Assembly (NCBI RefSeq): GCF_044324785.1
Contig: NZ_CP172127.1
From: Escherichia coli
Lineage (GTDB): Bacteria; Pseudomonadota; Gammaproteobacteria; Enterobacterales; Enterobacteriaceae
Strand: one strand, 5' to 3'
Length of the DNA stretch: 64,000 nt
The translations under genes and the position numbers were made by a program. Below the pieces are notes generated by a model. It had not been told where the DNA came from and ran no database searches. It was given only the letters and a program-made list of their open reading frames with translations. Below are positions 21,319 through 35,818 of this stretch, in pieces. Every line of letters starts with the position of its first letter. Position 1 is the stretch's first letter.

Positions 21319-22317
21319 ATGAATAAGAAGGTGTTAACCCTATCTGCTGTGATGGCCAGCATGTTATTCGGTGCCGCTGCACACGCTGCTGATACTCGCA
21401 TTGGTGTAACAATCTATAAGTACGACGATAACTTTATGTCTGTAGTGCGCAAGGCTATTGAGCAAGATGCGAAAGCCGCGCCAGATGTTCAGCTGCTGAT
21501 GAATGATTCTCAGAATGACCAGTCCAAGCAGAACGATCAGATCGACGTATTGCTGGCGAAAGGGGTGAAGGCACTGGCAATCAACCTGGTTGACCCGGCA
21601 GCTGCGGGTACGGTGATTGAGAAAGCGCGTGGGCAAAACGTGCCGGTGGTTTTCTTCAACAAAGAACCGTCTCGTAAGGCGCTGGATAGCTACGACAAAG
21701 CCTACTACGTTGGCACTGACTCCAAAGAGTCCGGCATTATTCAGGGCGATTTGATTGCTAAACACTGGGCGGCGAATCAGGGTTGGGATCTGAACAAAGA
21801 CGGTCAGATTCAATTCGTACTGCTGAAAGGTGAGCCGGGGCATCCGGATGCAGAAGCACGTACCACTTACGTGATTAAAGAATTGAACGACAAAGGCATT
21901 AAAACTGAACAGTTACAGTTAGATACCGCTATGTGGGATACCGCTCAGGCGAAAGATAAGATGGACGCCTGGCTGTCTGGCCCGAACGCCAACAAAATCG
22001 AAGTGGTTATCGCCAACAACGATGCGATGGCAATGGGCGCGGTAGAAGCACTGAAAGCACACAACAAGTCCAGCATTCCGGTGTTTGGCGTCGATGCGCT
22101 GCCAGAAGCGCTGGCGCTGGTGAAATCCGGTGCACTGGCGGGCACCGTACTGAACGATGCCAACAACCAGGCGAAAGCGACCTTTGATTTGGCGAAAAAC
22201 CTGGCCGATGGCAAAGGTGCGGCTGATGGCACCAACTGGAAAATCGACAACAAAGTGGTCCGCGTACCTTATGTTGGCGTAGATAAAGACAACCTGGCTG
22301 AATTCAGCAAGAAATAA
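21319..22317 (+). CDS. mglB: Periplasmic D-galactose/D-glucose-binding protein
   Basis: 332 aa with N-terminal signal peptide ([23 protein letters not shown]). Confidence 0.93.
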   Translation: MNKKVLTLSAVMASMLFGAAAHAADTRIGVTIYKYDDNFMSVVRKAIEQDAKAAPDVQLLMNDSQNDQSKQNDQIDVLLAKGVKALAINLVDPAAAGTVIEKARGQNVPVVFFNKEPSRKALDSYDKAYYVGTDSKESGIIQGDLIAKHWAANQGWDLNKDGQIQFVLLKGEPGHPDAEARTTYVIKELNDKGIKTEQLQLDTAMWDTAQAKDKMDAWLSGPNANKIEVVIANNDAMAMGAVEALKAHNKSSIPVFGVDALPEALALVKSGALAGTVLNDANNQAKATFDLAKNLADGKGAADGTNWKIDNKVVRVPYVGVDKDNLAEFSKK

Positions 22318-22325
22318 GACTGATT

Positions 22326-22352
22326 GGGCGCAGTCGTTTACTGCGCCCTTAT
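22326..22352 (+). terminator. Intercistronic hairpin/attenuator between mglB and mglA (gggcgcag...ctgcgccc then ttattgt)
   Basis: 8-bp GC stem 9 nt after the mglB stop, short U-rich tail. Confidence 0.5.
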
Positions 22353-22377
22353 TGTATGGCCAACAAGGTAAAATTAT

Positions 22378-23898
22378 ATGGTCAGCTCAACGACTCCGTC
22401 TTCCGGGGAATACTTGTTGGAAATGAGCGGTATCAACAAGTCTTTTCCTGGTGTTAAGGCACTTGATAACGTTAATTTAAAAGTCCGGCCACATTCTATC
22501 CATGCATTAATGGGGGAAAACGGCGCAGGAAAATCAACATTATTAAAATGCCTGTTTGGTATTTATCAAAAAGACTCCGGCACCATTTTATTCCAGGGTA
22601 AAGAGATCGATTTCCATTCTGCCAAAGAAGCGCTGGAAAATGGTATTTCGATGGTACACCAGGAGTTAAACCTGGTATTACAACGTTCGGTGATGGATAA
22701 CATGTGGCTGGGGCGATATCCCACCAAAGGCATGTTTGTCGATCAGGACAAAATGTACCGCGAAACCAAAGCGATTTTTGATGAACTGGATATTGATATC
22801 GATCCGCGTGCGCGCGTCGGCACATTATCCGTTTCGCAAATGCAGATGATCGAAATCGCCAAAGCGTTTTCCTATAACGCGAAAATTGTGATTATGGATG
22901 AACCGACTTCTTCGTTAACCGAAAAAGAGGTCAATCATCTGTTCACTATTATTCGTAAATTAAAAGAGCGCGGCTGCGGTATTGTTTATATCTCACATAA
23001 AATGGAAGAAATCTTCCAGTTATGTGATGAAGTTACCGTATTGCGCGACGGTCAGTGGATCGCCACTGAACCGCTGGCAGGACTGACGATGGACAAGATC
23101 ATCGCCATGATGGTTGGGCGTTCTCTTAACCAGCGTTTCCCTGACAAAGAAAACAAGCCGGGCGAAGTGATTCTTGAAGTGCGTAACCTGACGTCGCTGC
23201 GCCAGCCGTCGATTCGCGATGTCTCGTTTGATCTGCATAAAGGGGAGATCCTCGGTATTGCCGGTCTGGTGGGGGCGAAACGTACCGATATTGTTGAGAC
23301 GTTATTTGGTATTCGCGAGAAATCGGCTGGCACCATTACGTTGCACGGCAAAAAGATCAATAACCATAATGCCAACGAAGCCATAAACCACGGATTTGCA
23401 CTGGTAACTGAAGAGCGCCGCTCAACGGGAATTTATGCCTATCTGGATATCGGTTTTAACTCGTTAATTTCCAATATTCGCAACTACAAAAATAAAGTTG
23501 GTTTACTGGATAACTCGCGGATGAAAAGCGATACCCAGTGGGTGATTGATTCGATGCGGGTAAAAACACCGGGGCATCGGACGCAAATTGGTTCGCTCTC
23601 CGGTGGTAATCAGCAAAAGGTGATTATTGGTCGCTGGCTACTAACGCAACCAGAAATATTAATGCTCGATGAACCGACGCGCGGTATTGATGTCGGGGCG
23701 AAGTTTGAGATCTATCAGTTAATTGCCGAACTGGCGAAGAAAGGCAAGGGGATTATTATTATCTCCTCTGAAATGCCTGAGTTGTTAGGGATAACAGACC
23801 GTATTCTGGTCATGAGCAATGGTCTTGTTTCCGGAATTGTCGATACAAAAACAACAACGCAAAACGAAATTCTGCGTCTTGCGTCTTTGCACCTTTAA
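22378..23898 (+). CDS. mglA: Galactose/methyl-galactoside ABC transporter ATPase
   Basis: 506 aa, duplicated ABC cassette, Walker [10 protein letters not shown]. Confidence 0.93.
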   Translation: MVSSTTPSSGEYLLEMSGINKSFPGVKALDNVNLKVRPHSIHALMGENGAGKSTLLKCLFGIYQKDSGTILFQGKEIDFHSAKEALENGISMVHQELNLVLQRSVMDNMWLGRYPTKGMFVDQDKMYRETKAIFDELDIDIDPRARVGTLSVSQMQMIEIAKAFSYNAKIVIMDEPTSSLTEKEVNHLFTIIRKLKERGCGIVYISHKMEEIFQLCDEVTVLRDGQWIATEPLAGLTMDKIIAMMVGRSLNQRFPDKENKPGEVILEVRNLTSLRQPSIRDVSFDLHKGEILGIAGLVGAKRTDIVETLFGIREKSAGTITLHGKKINNHNANEAINHGFALVTEERRSTGIYAYLDIGFNSLISNIRNYKNKVGLLDNSRMKSDTQWVIDSMRVKTPGHRTQIGSLSGGNQQKVIIGRWLLTQPEILMLDEPTRGIDVGAKFEIYQLIAELAKKGKGIIIISSEMPELLGITDRILVMSNGLVSGIVDTKTTTQNEILRLASLHL

Positions 23899-23913
23899 GA
23901 TTAGGGGCTTCCC

Positions 23914-24924
23914 ATGAGTGCGTTAAATAAGAAAAGTTTTCTTACTTACCTGAAAGAGGGCGGTATTTACGTCGTTCTTTTAGTTTTGCTGGCAATTATT
24001 ATTTTCCAGGACCCAACATTTTTAAGTCTGTTGAACTTAAGTAATATTCTCACCCAGTCATCGGTGCGTATTATTATCGCGCTCGGTGTGGCAGGGTTAA
24101 TTGTCACCCAGGGGACCGACCTTTCTGCAGGTCGCCAGGTGGGGCTGGCGGCAGTGGTGGCAGCGACGTTATTGCAGTCCATGGATAACGCCAACAAAGT
24201 GTTCCCGGAAATGGCGACGATGCCGATTGCGCTGGTTATTCTGATTGTCTGTGCCATTGGTGCGGTGATCGGTTTGATCAACGGTCTGATTATCGCCTAT
24301 CTCAACGTGACGCCGTTCATTACCACGCTCGGCACGATGATCATCGTCTATGGCATCAACTCGCTCTATTACGACTTTGTCGGGGCGTCGCCAATTTCTG
24401 GTTTTGACAGTGGCTTCTCTACCTTTGCTCAGGGCTTTGTCGCGCTGGGGAGTTTCCGTCTCTCTTACATCACCTTCTACGCGTTGATTGCGGTGGCGTT
24501 CGTCTGGGTGTTGTGGAACAAAACCCGCTTCGGTAAGAACATTTTTGCCATTGGCGGTAACCCGGAAGCGGCAAAAGTATCTGGTGTCAACGTCGGCCTG
24601 AACCTGCTGATGATCTACGCGTTGTCTGGCGTGTTCTATGCCTTTGGTGGGATGTTAGAAGCCGGACGTATCGGCTCTGCCACCAACAACCTTGGCTTTA
24701 TGTATGAGCTGGATGCTATCGCGGCGTGTGTGGTGGGCGGTGTATCGTTCAGCGGTGGTGTAGGGACGGTGATTGGCGTGGTGACCGGGGTGATTATTTT
24801 TACCGTCATCAACTATGGCCTGACGTACATCGGCGTAAACCCATACTGGCAGTACATCATCAAAGGGGCGATTATTATCTTCGCCGTAGCGCTGGATTCA
24901 CTGAAATACGCGCGTAAGAAATGA
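23914..24924 (+). CDS. mglC: Galactose ABC transporter permease
   Basis: 336 aa polytopic permease. Confidence 0.92.
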   Translation: MSALNKKSFLTYLKEGGIYVVLLVLLAIIIFQDPTFLSLLNLSNILTQSSVRIIIALGVAGLIVTQGTDLSAGRQVGLAAVVAATLLQSMDNANKVFPEMATMPIALVILIVCAIGAVIGLINGLIIAYLNVTPFITTLGTMIIVYGINSLYYDFVGASPISGFDSGFSTFAQGFVALGSFRLSYITFYALIAVAFVWVLWNKTRFGKNIFAIGGNPEAAKVSGVNVGLNLLMIYALSGVFYAFGGMLEAGRIGSATNNLGFMYELDAIAACVVGGVSFSGGVGTVIGVVTGVIIFTVINYGLTYIGVNPYWQYIIKGAIIIFAVALDSLKYARKK

Positions 24925-24940
24925 TGTGAATGTGGGTATT

Positions 24941-24990
24941 GCCGGATGCGCTGCATCCGGCAATCGGTGCCAAATGCCGGATGCGTCTCT
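24941..24990. repeat. REP/BIME palindromic elements between convergent mglC and preA
   Basis: gccggatgcgctgcatccggc and a second gccggatgcg copy. Confidence 0.6.
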
Positions 24991-24994
24991 GATT

Positions 24995-26230
24995 TTACAA
25001 CGTTACCGGGTGTTCTTTCTCTCCCTTCTTAAACTTCACTTCTCCGAGATCAATACAACCCACCGGGCAGACGTGACCACAAAGCAGGCAACCAACACAT
25101 TTCTCGGTATTACAATGCGGTGTACGGGTTTTCTCGCTCCATTCCATCGCCTGGTGACCGCCGTCGTAACAGGAAATATAACAGCGTCCACAGCCAACAC
25201 ATTTATCAAGATTGATACGGGGATAGACAATGTAACTGCGGTCTAAATCTTCCGCCGGGACAATATTGTTATTCGCCAGACCCACCATCTCCTGCAACGA
25301 ATCAAATCCCTGATCGGCGAGATAATGCGACAACCCGCTCGCCATATCTTCTACGATGCGATAGCCGTACTGCATAATGCCGGTGGTGACCTGTAACGTT
25401 GCTGCGCCGAGCAATAAAAACTCCGCCGCATCTTCCCAGGTTTCAATACCGCCGATACCGCTGATCGGGAAATCGCGCAGCTCTGGATGGGTACGCATTT
25501 GCTGAATGAAGCGCAGGGCGATCGGTTTTACCGCTTTACCGGAATATCCGGAAATACTCGATTTACCGTTAACGATCGGCATACCGATTTTCTGATTAAG
25601 ATCGATATTGGTGATGGATTTAACGGTGTTAATCGCCGCAATGCCATCTGCGCCGCCGCGCTTCGCCGCCAGCGCCACTTCGCACATATCACCGATATTC
25701 GGCGTCATCTTCGCCAGCATTGGCAGCGTGGAACCCCGTTTCACTGCCCGACAATATTTTTCTACCAGCTCCGGGCTTTGCCCGACATCGCTCCCCATCG
25801 CATGAGAAGTCATTTGCGGACAGGAGAAGTTACACTCGATCATATCGGCGCCTGCTTTTTGCACCAGATGCGCCAGATCTTCCCATTGCTGCTCATTTTC
25901 GCCCATGATCGAAGCGATAAGCACTTTGTCCGGGTAATCTTCTTTCAACCGACGCAGGGCGGCCAGATTCTCCTCCAGCGGATGCTCGGCAATCTGCTCC
26001 ATATTTTTGAAGCCGATAAAACCGGTATCTTCTTTCACCAGATGATCAAAACGCGGAGAGACTTCGTTGGCGATAAAAAAGCCGATCGTTTTAAACACCA
26101 CACCGCCCCAACCAGTGTCGTAGGCTTTGGCACACATCTCATAGCAGTTGCCTACCGGCGAAGAAGAAAGGCAGAACGGGTTGGGAAACTTCACGCCGCA
26201 AAAGGTAATCGAAAGATCTTTCGTTAACAT
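24995..26230 (-). CDS. preA: NAD-dependent dihydropyrimidine dehydrogenase, PreA subunit
   Basis: 411 aa from ATG at 26230; C-terminal 4Fe-4S ferredoxin motifs CVGCGRC and CVGCLLC. Confidence 0.9.
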   Translation of the reverse strand: MLTKDLSITFCGVKFPNPFCLSSSPVGNCYEMCAKAYDTGWGGVVFKTIGFFIANEVSPRFDHLVKEDTGFIGFKNMEQIAEHPLEENLAALRRLKEDYPDKVLIASIMGENEQQWEDLAHLVQKAGADMIECNFSCPQMTSHAMGSDVGQSPELVEKYCRAVKRGSTLPMLAKMTPNIGDMCEVALAAKRGGADGIAAINTVKSITNIDLNQKIGMPIVNGKSSISGYSGKAVKPIALRFIQQMRTHPELRDFPISGIGGIETWEDAAEFLLLGAATLQVTTGIMQYGYRIVEDMASGLSHYLADQGFDSLQEMVGLANNNIVPAEDLDRSYIVYPRINLDKCVGCGRCYISCYDGGHQAMEWSEKTRTPHCNTEKCVGCLLCGHVCPVGCIDLGEVKFKKGEKEHPVTL

Positions 26231-27462
26231 GAGCAAGCTCCCTCTAAATAGTGATGAATCGCCCCGGCGGCTTCTTTCCCGGTTTTCACGGCATAGACCA
26301 CGGTTTTGTCACCCTCAACAATATCGCCAGCAGCAAAGACTTGCGGATCGCGGGTCTGATAATTTTGTGTTTTGATGGTGTTACGCTGCGGCTCTAACTC
26401 CGCAAAGGCATCCAGTCTGGCATGCTGACCGACGGCGAGAATAATTTTATCTGCCGCCATCGTCAGTTCGCCCGGTAACCGTACATGCTTAAACGTGACT
26501 TTATTGCCTTCCACGGCTACTGGCGTGAATCCATCGATGATCGAAACGCCCAGCTCCCGGGCGCTGGCAAACTCTTTTTCGCTTGCCGGAAACTCATCTA
26601 ACTCTTCACGCGCTACGCAAGTTACTGCCTGACAGCCGAGAACTTTCAGCGTGCTGGCTACGTCCATCGCGACATCACCGCCGCCGATAATTAATGCGTT
26701 TTGTGGAATGCTGATATCGCCTTGCGCCTGTCGTGCACGTTGCAAGAAGTCGACGGCAATCTCAACGTCGCTATGCTCAAACAGTGGTAGCCCGGAACCG
26801 CTAGATAACCCCACGGTGACCAGTACCGCGCGGTTTTCCGCTTTCAGCTGCTCCAGGGTGAGTGTTTTACCGATTTCATTATTGCACTTAATGGTCACGC
26901 CCATTTTTTCAATACGGACGATTTCTGCATCCAGTACTGATTGCGGTAACCGGAATTGCGGAATGCCGTTACGCAACCAGCCACCGGGTTGTGCTTCTTT
27001 CTCATAGATCGTGACGTCATAACCCTGGTTTGTCAGCGTCACACTGGCCTGCAATCCCGCAGGACCTGCGCCAATAATCGCGACTTTGCCGAGCGTTTTA
27101 GTACCGGGCTGATAAATTTCCATCCCGGTTTGTTGTTCAAAATCAGTAACAAAACGCTGTAAGCGGCCGATATCAATGGGAGCATCAACACCGGCACGGG
27201 TACAACCGCTTTGGCATAATTTCTCCGTCGGGCACACTCTGGCACAAACGGCACCGAGGGCATTATTTTCGCGAATTGTCTCGGCAGCGCCTTTAAAATT
27301 ACGAAAGTAGATTGAGCGAATAAATTTACCCGGATCGGTCTGTGCCGGGCAAGCCTGACTACAGGGAGCGTCATGACATAATAAACAGCGAGAGGCTTCT
27401 TTAATCGCCAGTAAAGGCGTAAAAGCCGGAGTGAGTTCATCCAGATAATTTTGTTGCGGCAT
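26224..27462 (-). CDS. preT: NAD-dependent dihydropyrimidine dehydrogenase, PreT subunit
   Basis: 412 aa; nucleotide-binding IIGAGPAG motif; 7-nt overlap with the preA start. Confidence 0.9.
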   Translation of the reverse strand: MPQQNYLDELTPAFTPLLAIKEASRCLLCHDAPCSQACPAQTDPGKFIRSIYFRNFKGAAETIRENNALGAVCARVCPTEKLCQSGCTRAGVDAPIDIGRLQRFVTDFEQQTGMEIYQPGTKTLGKVAIIGAGPAGLQASVTLTNQGYDVTIYEKEAQPGGWLRNGIPQFRLPQSVLDAEIVRIEKMGVTIKCNNEIGKTLTLEQLKAENRAVLVTVGLSSGSGLPLFEHSDVEIAVDFLQRARQAQGDISIPQNALIIGGGDVAMDVASTLKVLGCQAVTCVAREELDEFPASEKEFASARELGVSIIDGFTPVAVEGNKVTFKHVRLPGELTMAADKIILAVGQHARLDAFAELEPQRNTIKTQNYQTRDPQVFAAGDIVEGDKTVVYAVKTGKEAAGAIHHYLEGACSC

Positions 27463-27554
27463 GTGATCTTCCTTAATGCTATGAGTAATTAAGGCGAACG
27501 CTAAATAAATATTGCGTGCTGATATTAAGGCTATGCGCGTGGGGAAATTTAAAC

Positions 27555-27570
27555 TGTGAAAGGATTCACA
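27555..27570. promoter_or_regulatory. CRP binding site (TGTGA-aaggat-TCACA) upstream of preTA
   Basis: Perfect consensus half-sites 93 bp upstream of the preT start. Confidence 0.55.
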
Positions 27571-27655
27571 AATAGCTGCGGTTCAGAATGTTATATCCGC
27601 AGCTTATTGAGTGAAGTAATAATTATTCTCAATAATTAACAGAAAAGAGAAAATA

Positions 27656-29651
<1,996 letters not shown>

Positions 29652-29710
29652 GGCGTTGCCTCATAATCATGTAATGGGATAACAGTTTACGAACCCGTTA
29701 TGGCTTTATA

Positions 29711-29726
29711 TGTGATCTGAATCTCA
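29711..29726. promoter_or_regulatory. CRP site (TGTGA-tctgaa-TCTCA) in the cdd promoter, with CytR-like TGCAA motifs nearby
   Basis: CRP-like half-sites about 67 bp upstream of the cdd start; cdd is a known CRP/CytR-regulated promoter. Confidence 0.5.
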
Positions 29727-29780
29727 TTAATTATGCAACGCGTGAAACTTACATCAAAAATGCGCGACGCATCGCAAATT

Positions 29781-30907
<1,127 letters not shown>

Positions 30908-31001
30908 TTAATTCGTAAAACGTGCTACCGATCACATTAAGAATTCTCAGCATAGTTGAATTTTAGGGACGTAACCTCGGGCGAGCGCCCAGTTCAGCAC
31001 A

Positions 31002-31910
31002 CTAATTCTGCTGTAAAAAGTGCAGAAACTGACTTAAAGCATAAGAAGGCGTTTCGTTATTGCGCCAGAACACACCGACGCTGCCTTTCTGTTCTATCTT
31101 TGGCAGGTTGAGGATCACCAGTTGTCCCTGGCTGGCATAACGTTGCGCCAGGCGTAATGACAAAATAGAGATCATATCGCTGCTTTGTAACAGGTTGGTA
31201 CTGACGTTCATCGACGCCGACTCAATCGTGTTTTCTGGCAGCATCACGCCGTGGTCTACCAGCGCATTATCAATACTGATGCGAATGGGGGTACCTGTCG
31301 GCCAGACTATCCACCGCCAGTTAGCAAGATCATTCCAGCTGAGGGTGGCGTATTTCGCCAGTGGATGCTCAGCACGGGCGACAAAACACACCGGCTCGGT
31401 GTAGAGCACCTTATAATTCAGTGGCAGCTGCAAGGCGCGACCGCCAATTCGCCCAACGACCACGTCGACAGAACCTGCCAATAGATCTTGCAGCAATGGG
31501 GTCATAACCTTCTCTTCAATATTCAGGTGTAGAGTTGGCATCTCCTTGAGCAAATGCAAAATCGCCTGGGATACGCAGTCAGTGGCGACGGGAGAACAGC
31601 CAATTTTCAGACTGCCGACCAGCCCACCTTGTTTAAAACGGGCCAGTTCATGTTGCGAGCGCTCCATGTCATTGATTAACCGCTGGGCATGTTGCAATAA
31701 CAATCTACCGCCTTCGGTAGGGCGTAACCCTTTGCTGTGCCGCTCAAAGAGTGTGAGGCCGATCTCATCTTCGAGTTGTGACAACCATTTCGACAGCGCA
31801 GGCTGGGTGATATTCATCATCCGCGCGACATGGGTCAGATTGCCCTGTTCACCCAGCGCCACCAGCATTTGCAGGTGATGAAGCTTTAGTTTCTGCGCCC
31901 AGTTTGCCAT
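31002..31910 (-). CDS. mhbR: LysR-family regulator of the gentisate cluster
   Basis: ATG at 31910 with SD tggagg gives 303 aa; HTH near the N-terminus; divergent from the catabolic operon. Confidence 0.75.
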   Translation of the reverse strand: MANWAQKLKLHHLQMLVALGEQGNLTHVARMMNITQPALSKWLSQLEDEIGLTLFERHSKGLRPTEGGRLLLQHAQRLINDMERSQHELARFKQGGLVGSLKIGCSPVATDCVSQAILHLLKEMPTLHLNIEEKVMTPLLQDLLAGSVDVVVGRIGGRALQLPLNYKVLYTEPVCFVARAEHPLAKYATLSWNDLANWRWIVWPTGTPIRISIDNALVDHGVMLPENTIESASMNVSTNLLQSSDMISILSLRLAQRYASQGQLVILNLPKIEQKGSVGVFWRNNETPSYALSQFLHFLQQN

Positions 31911-31915
31911 TTGCC

Positions 31916-31931
31916 ATAACCTCCAGGTTAT
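31916..31931. promoter_or_regulatory. Palindrome ATAACC-N4-GGTTAT (LysR-type box) overlapping the mhbR RBS
   Basis: Perfect 6+4+6 inverted repeat in the mhbR/mhbT divergent region. Confidence 0.4.
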
Positions 31932-32036
31932 CTCTCTGCCCGAAATGCCATTGTACATTTCATCTCTTTAATCACAATATCGCAACATACATAAAACAAA
32001 AGAAACATCTACCTTACCTGCACTGAGGCATTTACT

Positions 32037-33395
32037 ATGACTCAACGACGTGATTTACAAGCACTGATCGATGCTGCTCCGGTCGGCAAGATGCAGTGGC
32101 GCGTTATCATCTGCTGTTTTCTGGTGGTAATGCTCGATGGTTTTGACACCGCGGCTATCGGCTTTATCGCCCCTGATATTCGCACTCACTGGCAACTCAC
32201 CGCAGGCGATCTCGCCCCGCTTTTTGGCGCGGGTCTGCTGGGGTTAACCGCAGGCGCACTGCTTTGTGGTCCGTTGTCCGATCGCTTTGGCCGCAAACGT
32301 GTGATTGAGCTGTGCGTCTTTTTGTTTGGCGCGTTAAGCCTCGCCTCGGCTTTCTCACCGGATCTGCAAACGCTGGTATTCCTGCGTTTCCTCACCGGCC
32401 TTGGGCTGGGTGGCGCGATGCCAAACACAATTACCATGACCTCGGAATATCTGCCTGCCCGCCGCCGCGGCGCGCTGGTGACGCTGATGTTTTGCGGCTT
32501 TACCCTGGGTTCGGCGTTTGGCGGGATTGTCAGCGCGCAGCTGGTGCCGGTGATTGGCTGGCACGGGATCCTGGTGTTGGGTGGCGTATTACCGCTGATG
32601 CTGTTTGTTGCACTGCTGGTGGTTCTGCCGGAATCGCCACGCTGGCAGGTGCGCCGCCAGCTACCCCAGGCGGTGATTGCGAAAACCGTCAGCGCCATCA
32701 CCCGCGAGCGTTATGTCGATACCCACTTTTATCTCATTGAATCAGCCTCCGTTACAAAAGGCAGCATTCGTCAACTGTTTATGGGGCGTCAGTTACCCAT
32801 CACGTTGATGCTGTGGGTGGTGTTCTTTATGAGCTTGCTGATTATTTACCTGCTCTCAAGCTGGATGCCAACGCTGCTCAACCATCGCGGCATCGACCTG
32901 CAACATGCCTCCTGGGTTACCGCCGCGTTCCAGATTGGCGGTACGTTGGGCGCGCTGGCGCTGGGCGTGCTGATGGATAAGTTCAATCCTTTCCGCGTAC
33001 TGGCGCTGAGCTATGCCATAGGCGCTGTATGCATCGTGATGATTGGCTTAAGCCAGGACGGATTATGGCTAATGGCGCTGGCGATTTTCGGCACCGGCAT
33101 TGGCATCAGCGGATCGCAGGTGGGGCTGAATGCGCTGACCGCAACACTTTATCCAACACAAAGTCGCGCCACGGGCGTGAGCTGGTCAAACGCCGTGGGC
33201 CGCTGCGGCGCGATTGTTGGCTCGCTGTCTGGCGGCGTGATGATGGCGATGAATTTCTCTTTCGACACCCTGTTTTTCATTATCGCTGTGCCCGCGGCGA
33301 TCAGTGCGGTGATGTTAACCCTGCTGATCACCGTGGTTCGCCAGTCGACCTCTGTCCCTGACTCACTGCCTCACGCAGGTGTTGTGAACGAATAA
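32037..33395 (+). CDS. mhbT: MFS aromatic acid:H+ symporter (3-hydroxybenzoate transporter-like)
   Basis: 452 aa 12-TM MFS protein, first gene of the catabolic operon. Confidence 0.75.
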   Translation: MTQRRDLQALIDAAPVGKMQWRVIICCFLVVMLDGFDTAAIGFIAPDIRTHWQLTAGDLAPLFGAGLLGLTAGALLCGPLSDRFGRKRVIELCVFLFGALSLASAFSPDLQTLVFLRFLTGLGLGGAMPNTITMTSEYLPARRRGALVTLMFCGFTLGSAFGGIVSAQLVPVIGWHGILVLGGVLPLMLFVALLVVLPESPRWQVRRQLPQAVIAKTVSAITRERYVDTHFYLIESASVTKGSIRQLFMGRQLPITLMLWVVFFMSLLIIYLLSSWMPTLLNHRGIDLQHASWVTAAFQIGGTLGALALGVLMDKFNPFRVLALSYAIGAVCIVMIGLSQDGLWLMALAIFGTGIGISGSQVGLNALTATLYPTQSRATGVSWSNAVGRCGAIVGSLSGGVMMAMNFSFDTLFFIIAVPAAISAVMLTLLITVVRQSTSVPDSLPHAGVVNE

Positions 33396-33406
33396 GGAGC
33401 ATCCCA

Positions 33407-34435
33407 ATGACTGATAACAATCAAAATAGCCGCGAGCAATTTTATCAGCATATTTCCGGGCAAAACCTGACCCCGCTGTGGGAGTCACTGCACCATCTGG
33501 TGCCAAAAACGCCCAACGCTAACTGTGCGCCAGCGTACTGGAATTATCAGGAGATCCGCCCGCTGCTGCTGGAGAGCGGCAGCCTGATTGGCGCGAAAGA
33601 AGCCGTGCGCCGCGTGCTGGTGCTGGAAAACCCGGCGCTGCGCGGGCAGTCTTCCATCACCGCGACTTTATATGCCGGTTTGCAACTGATCATGCCGGGC
33701 GAAGTGGCACCGAGTCATCGCCATAACCAGTCGGCGCTGCGTTTTATTGTTGAAGGTAAAGGGGCATTCACCGCCGTTGATGGCGAACGCACGCCAATGA
33801 ATGAGGGCGATTTTATCCTGACCCCGCAGTGGCGCTGGCACGATCACGGTAACCCTGGCGACGAACCGGTTATCTGGCTCGATGGGCTGGATCTGCCATT
33901 AGTGAACACTCTGGGCTGCGGTTTTGCCGAAGATTACCCGGAGGAGCAACAACCAGTAACGCGTAAAGAGGGCGATTACCTGCCGCGTTACGCTGCCAAT
34001 ATGTTGCCGCTGTGCCATCAGACCGGGAACTCCTCGCCCATCTTTAACTACCGTTATGACCGTAGCCGCGAAGTGCTACACGATTTAACCCGCCTGGGCG
34101 ATGCCGATGAGTGGGATGGCTACAAAATGCGCTACGTCAACCCGGTCACCGGTGGCTATCCGATGCCGTCGATGGGCGCTTTCCTGCAACTGCTGCCGAA
34201 AGGGTTTGCCTCACGCGTGGCGCGTACCACTGACAGCACCATCTACCATGTGGTGGAAGGTAGCGGGCAGGTCACTATCGGCAATGAAACCTTCAGCTTT
34301 AGTGCAAAAGATATCTTCGTGGTGCCGACCTGGCACGGCGTGTCGTTCCAGACCACGCAAGATACCGTTTTATTTAGTTTTTCGGACAGACCGGTACAAG
34401 AAGCCCTGGGGCTGTTCCGCGAAGCGCGTTATTAA
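33407..34435 (+). CDS. mhbD: Gentisate 1,2-dioxygenase (bicupin)
   Basis: 342 aa; cupin His motifs ([19 protein letters not shown]). Confidence 0.8.
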   Translation: MTDNNQNSREQFYQHISGQNLTPLWESLHHLVPKTPNANCAPAYWNYQEIRPLLLESGSLIGAKEAVRRVLVLENPALRGQSSITATLYAGLQLIMPGEVAPSHRHNQSALRFIVEGKGAFTAVDGERTPMNEGDFILTPQWRWHDHGNPGDEPVIWLDGLDLPLVNTLGCGFAEDYPEEQQPVTRKEGDYLPRYAANMLPLCHQTGNSSPIFNYRYDRSREVLHDLTRLGDADEWDGYKMRYVNPVTGGYPMPSMGAFLQLLPKGFASRVARTTDSTIYHVVEGSGQVTIGNETFSFSAKDIFVVPTWHGVSFQTTQDTVLFSFSDRPVQEALGLFREARY

Positions 34436-34450
34436 TTTGGGAGAGAGAAA

Positions 34451-35152
34451 ATGACTCAATACGTATTCGAACCACAAGCGCCCGTTACCGTACCGGTTGT
34501 TGGCAGTGATGAACAATTCCCCGTACGCCGCGTTTACTGCGTCGGACGTAACTATGCCGCCCACGCCCGCGAAATGGGCTTTGATCCGGATCGTGAACCG
34601 CCATTCTTCTTCTGCAAACCGGCGGATGCCGTTGTTCCGGTTGCCGCTGGCGAAACGCTGGCGCTGCCGTATCCGGCGCAGACCGATAACTACCATTATG
34701 AAATTGAACTGGTGGTGGCGATTGGTAAAAAAGGCAGTGATATCCCGCTGGAAAACGCCCATGAATATGTCTGGGGTTATGCCACGGGTCTTGATATGAC
34801 TCGCCGTGACCGTCAAATGGAAATGCGCCAGATGGGCCGCCCGTGGGAAATCGGCAAAGCGTTCGATCTCTCGGCCCCCATCGCGCCGCTGCACAAAGCC
34901 AGCGAAACTGGCGGTATTGATAACGCACCTATCTGGTTACAGGTTAACGGCGAAGATCATCAGCGCAGCGATATTCGTCATCTCATCTGGTCAGTGAATG
35001 AAACCATCAGCTACCTGTCAGGCTTCTTTGAGCTGCAACCGGGCGATCTAATCTTTACCGGTACGCCGGAAGGGGTTGGCCCAGTAGTCAAAGGTGATGT
35101 GATCACGGGCAACGTCGAGGGCTTAACGCCTATCGCGGTGAAGATTGTCTGA
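34451..35152 (+). CDS. mhbH: Fumarylpyruvate hydrolase (FAH family)
   Basis: 233 aa FAH-fold protein. Confidence 0.7.
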   Translation: MTQYVFEPQAPVTVPVVGSDEQFPVRRVYCVGRNYAAHAREMGFDPDREPPFFFCKPADAVVPVAAGETLALPYPAQTDNYHYEIELVVAIGKKGSDIPLENAHEYVWGYATGLDMTRRDRQMEMRQMGRPWEIGKAFDLSAPIAPLHKASETGGIDNAPIWLQVNGEDHQRSDIRHLIWSVNETISYLSGFFELQPGDLIFTGTPEGVGPVVKGDVITGNVEGLTPIAVKIV

Positions 35153-35804
35153 GGTGATGATGAAGCTGTACAGTTTTTTTAATAGTTCAGCGTCTTACCG
35201 GGTGCGCATTGCGCTGGCGCTGAAGGGTATCGATTACCAGACCGAAGGGGTGAATATCCGCATTGGTCAGCAAAACGAACTGGCCTACCGGCGGATGAAT
35301 CCGGTCGGGCTGGTGCCGACGCTGCTGACCGACGAGGGCGAATCACTCGGACAATCGCTGGCGATTATTGACTGGCTGGAGAGTCACTACCCGCAAGTTC
35401 CGCTGATGCCGCAGGAAGAACCGGCCCGCAACAAGGTGCTGGAAATTGTCTATGCCATCGCCTGCGATATTCATCCATTGAATAACCTACGCGTGCTGCG
35501 CTACCTGACCGAAGAGCTGAACGTCAGTGAAGAAGATAAAAAACGCTGGTATGCGCACTGGATCCAGCAAGGGTTAAGCGCGGTGGAACAGCTACTGCGC
35601 CAGAGCCAGTCGGGGCAATTTTGTGTGGGCGAGACGCCGACGCTGGCAGATTGCTGCCTTGTTCCACAGTGGGCGAACGCGCTACGTATGAACTGCGATC
35701 TGAGCGGGTATCCGCGCTGCAAAGCGGTGTACGACGCCTGCACGCAGCTGCCAGCGTTCATTGCCGCAGCGCCAGAAAATCAACAAGATAAAATTTCAGC
35801 CTGA
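35145..35804 (+). CDS. mhbI: Maleylpyruvate isomerase (GST zeta-like); start codon uncertain (TTG 35145, ATG 35157 or 35160)
   Basis: GST N-terminal thioredoxin fold ([23 protein letters not shown]). Confidence 0.7.
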   Translation: MSEVMMKLYSFFNSSASYRVRIALALKGIDYQTEGVNIRIGQQNELAYRRMNPVGLVPTLLTDEGESLGQSLAIIDWLESHYPQVPLMPQEEPARNKVLEIVYAIACDIHPLNNLRVLRYLTEELNVSEEDKKRWYAHWIQQGLSAVEQLLRQSQSGQFCVGETPTLADCCLVPQWANALRMNCDLSGYPRCKAVYDACTQLPAFIAAAPENQQDKISA

Positions 35805-35818
35805 CCAGGAGAACCATA

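Noticed and set aside
24941-24990. Clustered GC-rich palindromes (also at 8839-8872, 28730-28759, 42370-42450) considered as possible CRISPR repeats or structured RNAs
   Set aside because: They match E. coli REP/BIME elements, occur singly or in pairs between convergent genes, and show no regular repeat-spacer periodicity
25487-26227. 246-aa ORF antisense to preA
   Set aside because: Antisense shadow ORF within preA; His/Arg-rich, no start context
35145-35159. TTG (35145) or first ATG (35157) as the mhbI start
   Set aside because: Not resolved; the TTG start overlaps the mhbH stop and the ATGs have very short SD spacing; the ORF-track coordinates were kept and the ambiguity flagged rather than asserting a start
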